From contig JAEZRD010000078.1 of NCBI GenBank assembly GCA_023440975.1, positions 16,043-48,042 of the forward strand: a stretch of DNA of 32,000 nucleotides, in the 5' to 3' direction. This document shows positions 26,556 to 32,000 of this stretch, in pieces (position 1 is the first letter of the stretch; each line of letters begins with the position of its first letter). A model generated the notes under the pieces. The model did not search any database and had not been told where the DNA came from. It was given only the letters and a program-made list of their open reading frames with translations. The stretch is from Methanobacteriota archaeon (GTDB taxonomy: Archaea; Methanobacteriota; Methanobacteria; Methanobacteriales; Methanobacteriaceae). A program made the translations under genes and the position numbers.

Positions 26556-28696
26556 TAATCATTTTTATTTAAATTCTTATATTTCTCAAGTTCATTTTTA
26601 AGAACTTTATATACACTTTCTGCACCAATTAAAGGTTCTTTTATGTCCCATTCTTTAGGATGTAAAATAAATGGTTTAGTTTGTGTTCCACCTAAACCTC
26701 CGTGACTTCCAACTAATTCTTCAAATGCACATATTTCTTCAGTTTCTGGATTATAAAAACTATTAACTAAAATATCAGGGGTATATTTGAAGTTACTACT
26801 TCTAAGTAAATGTTTGCATGCATTTTCTCCAAAGTCTTTTAGTGGGTTTTCTCCTTCTATTCTATCTTCTTTTAAATAGTAAACTCCATTGGATCCTATT
26901 GCTAAAGGACCAAATTCATAAGAATCTACCAGTATAAATCCAATTCCTTCATGATTTACAAGTCCAGGTATAAGGTTTGGGAATAATGTTTTTATTTTTT
27001 CAAAAGTTAATCTTTCTGAAAATTGGGTCAGGTATATCATAGCAAGATTTCCTGATGCTAAAACAATAACTTCTGAGTTTTCAGGTTTTTTAGCTTCAGT
27101 TCTATAAATTTTATCCATATTAATATACTCTAATATGTTTCCAGTTTTGTCATTAATGTTATCTATACCATTTATAATTGTATCTTTTGTTCTTTCACTA
27201 ATGTTATCTATACCATTTGAAATACTGTCCCTTGTATCTTTAAATGGTGAAAACATTCTAGAATAATATTCATCTGAATCCATGTTACTATACATGGTCA
27301 TATCCTCAGGTAATAAACTTCTCACATAATTTTCGAAACTAATTCCATATCTTTGTTTAAATGTAGCCCCATTTCCTTGTCCATGATCAGATTGTATAAC
27401 AAATTTATAAGGACGATTTGCATATTTACTTGCTTCTTCTAAACGATTAAATTGTTTATCTAATTGTTTTAAACATCTAAATGAATCTTTGTCCCTTATT
27501 CCAGAGTGATGTGCTATTTCATCATAACCTAAATAAGTACAATATGCTATATCAATGTCTCCAACTAAAATATCTCCTATAAGTGTTTCAGTTGTGATTT
27601 CTCTAAGTAGAACATTACATCCTGCTCTTGTTGGAATATATGTTAATCCGTGTCTTATACGAGGCTGGATATTTTTTATCCAGTGGGTTAATTGTGAAAT
27701 TACTTCTAATATCATATCCCAAAAAAATAATATTATAATACTTGGAATTCTATTAGGGCTTGAAAAAACATAATACCATGTTGTATTATAAAATTTTTTA
27801 ATATTTCTTATTTTACTAAATGTGAAAACAACATTGTTTGTGTCTCCAGAGAATAAATTGCAACGACTAGCTCCATTATCCACTAGTAATCCTTCACCAT
27901 TAGATATTCGTTTTTCAATCATTGGAGCATCTAAAAATCCTGTTGAAGTAACTATTTTATTATTGTGTTTTTTTTCAACCCATCTGTAAGCTGTAAGATC
28001 TTGATTGTTTCCATGTAATATGCCTGCTTGACTTGCACCTGTTTGGCTAGAAAGGTCTGTTTCCCATTCTGTTACTATGTGAGTTTCTCTTCTAACCCAT
28101 TTAGATAATGTTGGCATATAACCTTTTAACATTGCTTCTTCAAATATTTCTCTTGCTAATCCATCAATTTCTAATATAATCATTCCAGGATAGTTTTTAG
28201 TATTTGGATGTCTTCTATTTATATAATCTCGAACTACTGTCCGATAGTATGAACTTTCACTATCTAAGGTTAGTGCTGCTGATAAAATGGTTGATATTAA
28301 TGCCATGCCTATGGGGGTTAAAGCTAGTGCTGGGCCGTTTATTGTTAATCCTGGGGTTATTAAACTTATTAAGTAAATTAAAAACCCATTCATTAATAAT
28401 GTACCTATTCCGAACGTGTATACTAAAAATGGTAGGAAAAGTCTTGTTAATATAGGCCAAGTTAATGCATTAATGAGGGCTAAAACTATTACAACTATTA
28501 CTGCAGTCTTCCAACTAGTTACTGTTAAACCTAAGTTGGCATTTGCTATTAAAAGAAAACCAATTATTTCTCCAACTAAAATTATAATACTTCTTCCTAT
28601 TTTTTCTCTTGTAGATGTTTGTTCTGGAGTTACTGGTTCGTGAGTAATATAATCCTTTGTTTCTCGTAGTTTCGGTCTTAAATCTTTAGGTTCCAT
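26552..28696 (-). CDS. Membrane protein: holin-like 4-TM N-terminal module fused to an alkaline-phosphatase-superfamily (type I phosphodiesterase/nucleotide pyrophosphatase-like) domain
   Basis: 714 aa. The N-terminal ~150 aa has 4 TM helices with an LINALTWPIL...PGLTINGP pattern like the 4-TMS holin superfamily IV. It is followed by AP-superfamily metal/nucleophile motifs ILEIDGL, SSQTGASQAGILHG, YDEIAHHSG and QSDHGQG. Confidence 0.7.
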   Translation of the reverse strand: MEPKDLRPKLRETKDYITHEPVTPEQTSTREKIGRSIIILVGEIIGFLLIANANLGLTVTSWKTAVIVVIVLALINALTWPILTRLFLPFLVYTFGIGTLLMNGFLIYLISLITPGLTINGPALALTPIGMALISTILSAALTLDSESSYYRTVVRDYINRRHPNTKNYPGMIILEIDGLAREIFEEAMLKGYMPTLSKWVRRETHIVTEWETDLSSQTGASQAGILHGNNQDLTAYRWVEKKHNNKIVTSTGFLDAPMIEKRISNGEGLLVDNGASRCNLFSGDTNNVVFTFSKIRNIKKFYNTTWYYVFSSPNRIPSIIILFFWDMILEVISQLTHWIKNIQPRIRHGLTYIPTRAGCNVLLREITTETLIGDILVGDIDIAYCTYLGYDEIAHHSGIRDKDSFRCLKQLDKQFNRLEEASKYANRPYKFVIQSDHGQGNGATFKQRYGISFENYVRSLLPEDMTMYSNMDSDEYYSRMFSPFKDTRDSISNGIDNISERTKDTIINGIDNINDKTGNILEYINMDKIYRTEAKKPENSEVIVLASGNLAMIYLTQFSERLTFEKIKTLFPNLIPGLVNHEGIGFILVDSYEFGPLAIGSNGVYYLKEDRIEGENPLKDFGENACKHLLRSSNFKYTPDILVNSFYNPETEEICAFEELVGSHGGLGGTQTKPFILHPKEWDIKEPLIGAESVYKVLKNELEKYKNLNKNDY

Positions 28697-28709
28697 TATA
28701 TCTTGTTAT

Positions 28710-29720
28710 TTATTCTCTATTTAATAATTTATTTAGTCCTTTTTCAAACTTCTCATATGTTTCTGAATTTTTATAAAGGGATTCTATTGATTCTAAACTT
28801 AATTCAAGAATATTTGTATTTGGAGTAGTATCCTCTTCTTTCATTTCTTTTTCTTTTCGTTTTTTATCTTCAACAATTGGACTTTTTAAATGGAATATTG
28901 TTATTTCAGGAGGGCAATTAAGTCTGAACCAAAATATATTAGTTCCTAGTCCTTTACTAGTGTATTGCACCATATTTCCTACTTTATATTTTCCAACTGG
29001 ATATTTTTTGGAGTAAGAACCTCTAAATAATGTGGTGTTAATTCCTGGGATTATGAACTGTCCTCCATGTGAATGTCCGGAGATTTGTAAACTAAATTTT
29101 TTAGTAAGTGAACTTAAATCTGCAAAATCCGGTTCATGGGCAAGTAAAATAGCAGCACTATTATCGGGAATCTTTTTTAAAACTTTTTCAAGATTATCTT
29201 CCCCAACCATCATACTATCCACACCAGCAATATAAAGTTCATGTCTTCTTTTTCTTAGAATATAAACATCATTGCTAATGTTTTTAATACTAGCATTTTT
29301 TAGAATTTTTTTTATTTTTTGTGGATTTAACCAATGGTCATGATTTCCAAGAACAGCAAGTGAAATATCTTTAACTTCTAATCTTTTTAAAGATTTTTCC
29401 AAATCATCTTTCACATCATCTAATTTATATGATACATAATCCCCAGTTAAAGTAACCATATCAGGGGAATGTGAATTTACTATATCAACTACTCCATCTA
29501 AATATTCAGGTGTCATCCATTGTCCTAAGTGGATGTCACATAAGTTAATAATTTTATAATTATGAAATATAGGATCTAGATTTTTTATTTCAATATCAAT
29601 ATTTATTATTTCAAAGTCATCAGGGTCGAATTTTGGATTTTTAACTTTTTCTCTAGTTGTAGTCATAACTTCTTGGATAGTTTGACGTGCCCCTAATGCT
29701 GTTGGTTTTTTTTCACTCAA
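28710..29720 (-). CDS. Calcineurin-like metallophosphoesterase
   Basis: 336 aa. The canonical motif set is present: CDIHLGQW, TGDYV, GNHDHW, LAHEPD and GHSHGGQ. It has a K/E-rich C-terminal tail and lies 13 nt upstream of the 714-aa gene on the same strand (probable operon). Confidence 0.85.
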   Translation of the reverse strand: MSEKKPTALGARQTIQEVMTTTREKVKNPKFDPDDFEIINIDIEIKNLDPIFHNYKIINLCDIHLGQWMTPEYLDGVVDIVNSHSPDMVTLTGDYVSYKLDDVKDDLEKSLKRLEVKDISLAVLGNHDHWLNPQKIKKILKNASIKNISNDVYILRKRRHELYIAGVDSMMVGEDNLEKVLKKIPDNSAAILLAHEPDFADLSSLTKKFSLQISGHSHGGQFIIPGINTTLFRGSYSKKYPVGKYKVGNMVQYTSKGLGTNIFWFRLNCPPEITIFHLKSPIVEDKKRKEKEMKEEDTTPNTNILELSLESIESLYKNSETYEKFEKGLNKLLNRE

Positions 29721-29846
29721 TTAAATCACTGTTGGTAAAATTTATATTAATAATAAAATACTTTTTTTTGTTTAAGTAAGTATATATTTTGTATACTTTA
29801 ATTTTTTCTATAATTTCTTATATTAAGAAATTCATAATGAATATTC

Positions 29847-31046
29847 ATGTTAGTAAATACAGATTTACATATTCATAGTTGTTTTTCAATGGCAACATCC
29901 AAAGATATGTTAATTGATAATATAGCACCTAAAAGTAAAGAAAAAGGTTTACAACTTGTAGGTACAGGTGATGCATTTCATCCAACTTGGTTAAATATTA
30001 TTGAAGAAAGTACAACTTATAGTGGTGATGGAATATATTCTAAAAAGGATTGTGATTTTATTTTAACTACTGAAGTTGAAGGTAAAAATAAAATTCATCA
30101 TTTAATATTTATACCAACAATGGAAATCGCAAGGGAGTTATCAGATAAATTAGTTTCAAAAAATAAAACAAGTGATGGAAGACCAAGAACTAAAATGGAT
30201 GGTGCTGAAATTTTAGACTTAGTAAAAGAATATGATTGTATGATAGGTCCAGCGCATGCTTTTACTCCTTGGACTGGAATGTATAAATCATTTGATAGTA
30301 TTTATGATTGTTATGATAAGAAACCAGATTTTGTTGAGCTTGGTCTATCTGCAGATACAAATATGGCAGATACAGTAAGTGAACTTCAAGATTTTGTTTT
30401 TCTTTCAAATTCAGATGCACATTCTCCATGGCCTCATCGTTTAGGTAGAGAGTTTAATCAAATAGAAATGGATGATATTTCTTATTCTTCTCTTCAAAAA
30501 GCTATAAAAAATAAAAAAGTTGTAAAAAATTATGGTTTATTACCTAATCTTGGAAAATATCATATGACTGCTTGTACAAAATGTCATAAGTTAATAGATC
30601 CTGAAATAGCTAAAGAAAATAAAATGAAGTGTAGCAGTTGTGGAGGGCGTATTAAGAAAGGTGTGGATTATAGAATAAGTGAAATTTCAACTTGGGATCA
30701 ACCTCATCATCCTAATCATCGTCCAGAGTATATTCATTTGATGCCTATGGCTGAAATAATAAGTATGATTTATGATAAAGGGGTTACAACAAAATTTGTT
30801 CAAGGTAAATGGCAGAACTTAATTGATGAATTTGGTCCTGAAATTAAAATATTAATAGATACACCTACAGAAGATATTGAAAAAATTGATTCTGAAACTG
30901 CTAAGGCTATTGAAGCATTTAGAAATAGAACTATAGATGTTATTCCTGGTGGTGGAGGTAAATATGGTGAAATATCTTTTGATCAAAAGTTAACTCCTAG
31001 AGAATCTGAAAATAAAGATGATCGTGTTACATTAGATAATTTTTAA
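29847..31046 (+). CDS. endoQ: Endonuclease Q (PHP-domain, Zn-finger DNA repair endonuclease for deaminated bases)
   Basis: 399 aa. DLHIHSCFS, GPAHAFTPWTG, LSNSDAHSPWPHRLGREFN, LGKYHMTAC, CGGRIKKGVDYRI and PGGGGKYGEI closely track the Pyrococcus EndoQ sequence as I recall it. Confidence 0.8.
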   Translation: MLVNTDLHIHSCFSMATSKDMLIDNIAPKSKEKGLQLVGTGDAFHPTWLNIIEESTTYSGDGIYSKKDCDFILTTEVEGKNKIHHLIFIPTMEIARELSDKLVSKNKTSDGRPRTKMDGAEILDLVKEYDCMIGPAHAFTPWTGMYKSFDSIYDCYDKKPDFVELGLSADTNMADTVSELQDFVFLSNSDAHSPWPHRLGREFNQIEMDDISYSSLQKAIKNKKVVKNYGLLPNLGKYHMTACTKCHKLIDPEIAKENKMKCSSCGGRIKKGVDYRISEISTWDQPHHPNHRPEYIHLMPMAEIISMIYDKGVTTKFVQGKWQNLIDEFGPEIKILIDTPTEDIEKIDSETAKAIEAFRNRTIDVIPGGGGKYGEISFDQKLTPRESENKDDRVTLDNF

Positions 31047-31068
31047 AAATTTTATTAAAGCTAAATGT

Positions 31069-32000
31069 TTATTTAGCTTTAACAAGTTTTGTATTTTGGA
31101 TTGCTGAAGTTTCAATTATTGGTTTGTATCCAGCTAATCTTAGAGCGTTACCTACAACGATTAATGTTAAACCCATATCTCCAATAATAACTGCTTCCCA
31201 TAAACTTACAAATCCTGCTATTCCTAAGATAGCTAATAATGCTTTAATAGTTATTGTTGCAGTGATATTTTCTTTGACTATGGTCATTGTTTTTTTAGCT
31301 AATTTAATTACATAATTTATTTTACTTATGTCATCATTCATTAGGACGATGTCTCCAGTTTCTACAGCTACATCAGCTCCTCCCATACCCATAGCTATTC
31401 CAACATTTGCTCTTGCAAGTGAGGGGGTGTCATTAACACCATCTCCCACCATTGCAACATCTTGGTGTTGATTTATTACTTCTTCAACAATATTGACTTT
31501 TTCTTCAGGTAATAGGTTACTATAATAATTATCTAAACCTATTTTGGATGCTACATTTGAGGCAATTTGATCATTATCCCCTGTAAGCATCATTGTTTTA
31601 ATATTGTACTTTTTAAGTTCTTTTATGGTTGTTGCACTATTTTCACGGATTTTGTCTGATAAATTAATAATTCCTAAGATATTTTTTTGATTACCTATTA
31701 TTACACTTGTTTTTCCTATAATATTGTTTTTAATTTTAAGTTTTTCAATTTCAGCATTTAATTCAGGATAATCATTGAATAAATCTTGTTTACCAATATA
31801 ATAATTTATATGATTTATGTTACCTTCTAATCCTTTACCGGATATTGATTTAAAATTTGTAACATCTATTAAATTTATTTCATTGTTATGTGTATATTCA
31901 TTAAATGCATTTGCTATAGGATGTTTTGATTGGTTTTCTAAACTGCATGCAATTGTTATCACATCATTTTTATTGAAATTTTCATTAGTAATTATAGATT
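31069..32000 (-). CDS. Heavy-metal-translocating P1B-type ATPase, C-terminal portion (continues past the window edge)
   Basis: MLTGDN, the hinge motif VGDGVNDTPSLA and two C-terminal TM helices. The GTG at 31962 in the ORF track is not the start: the frame stays open upstream to position 32000 (...SIITNENFNKNDVITIACS...). Confidence 0.88.
   Translation of the reverse strand, partial: SIITNENFNKNDVITIACSLENQSKHPIANAFNEYTHNNEINLIDVTNFKSISGKGLEGNINHINYYIGKQDLFNDYPELNAEIEKLKIKNNIIGKTSVIIGNQKNILGIINLSDKIRENSATTIKELKKYNIKTMMLTGDNDQIASNVASKIGLDNYYSNLLPEEKVNIVEEVINQHQDVAMVGDGVNDTPSLARANVGIAMGMGGADVAVETGDIVLMNDDISKINYVIKLAKKTMTIVKENITATITIKALLAILGIAGFVSLWEAVIIGDMGLTLIVVGNALRLAGYKPIIETSAIQNTKLVKAK

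Overview
This is an AT-rich archaeal chromosome segment (roughly 30% GC by eye). It is best explained as a Methanobacteriales methanogen of the Methanobrevibacter/Methanosphaera type. Supporting genes are two tandem pseudomurein-type Mur ligases, a Kae1-Bud32 fusion, Hef, Endonuclease Q, the archaeal S15/RecJ-like pair, an AcnX-type (DUF521) dehydratase of the archaeal mevalonate pathway, archaeal-type CobT and CbiE. From 1 to about 24 kb the window is densely packed housekeeping: ilvE, tRNA-Val, surE, kae1-bud32, an ITPase, rps15, a recJ-like gene, hef, trmI, leuS, nadE and a get3/arsA-type ATPase. No CRISPR array, rRNA, transposase or integrase is visible. The only accessory-looking block lies at about 24.2-29.7 kb. 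It holds an HxlR regulator divergent from a frameshifted PNPOx-like gene, with a shared GTTACT operator-like motif between them. Next comes an overlapping macrodomain plus class-M-like sirtuin (SirTM-like) pair that lacks the GcvH-L/LplA2 partners known from Firmicutes. That pair converges, with overlapping stop codons, on a two-gene phosphoesterase operon: a metallophosphoesterase and a holin-like 4-TM alkaline-phosphatase-superfamily membrane protein. The macro/SirTM module and its possible link to those phosphoesterases is the most interesting lead, but any functional coupling is inferred from adjacency only. All family assignments come from motif recognition by eye; no searches were run.
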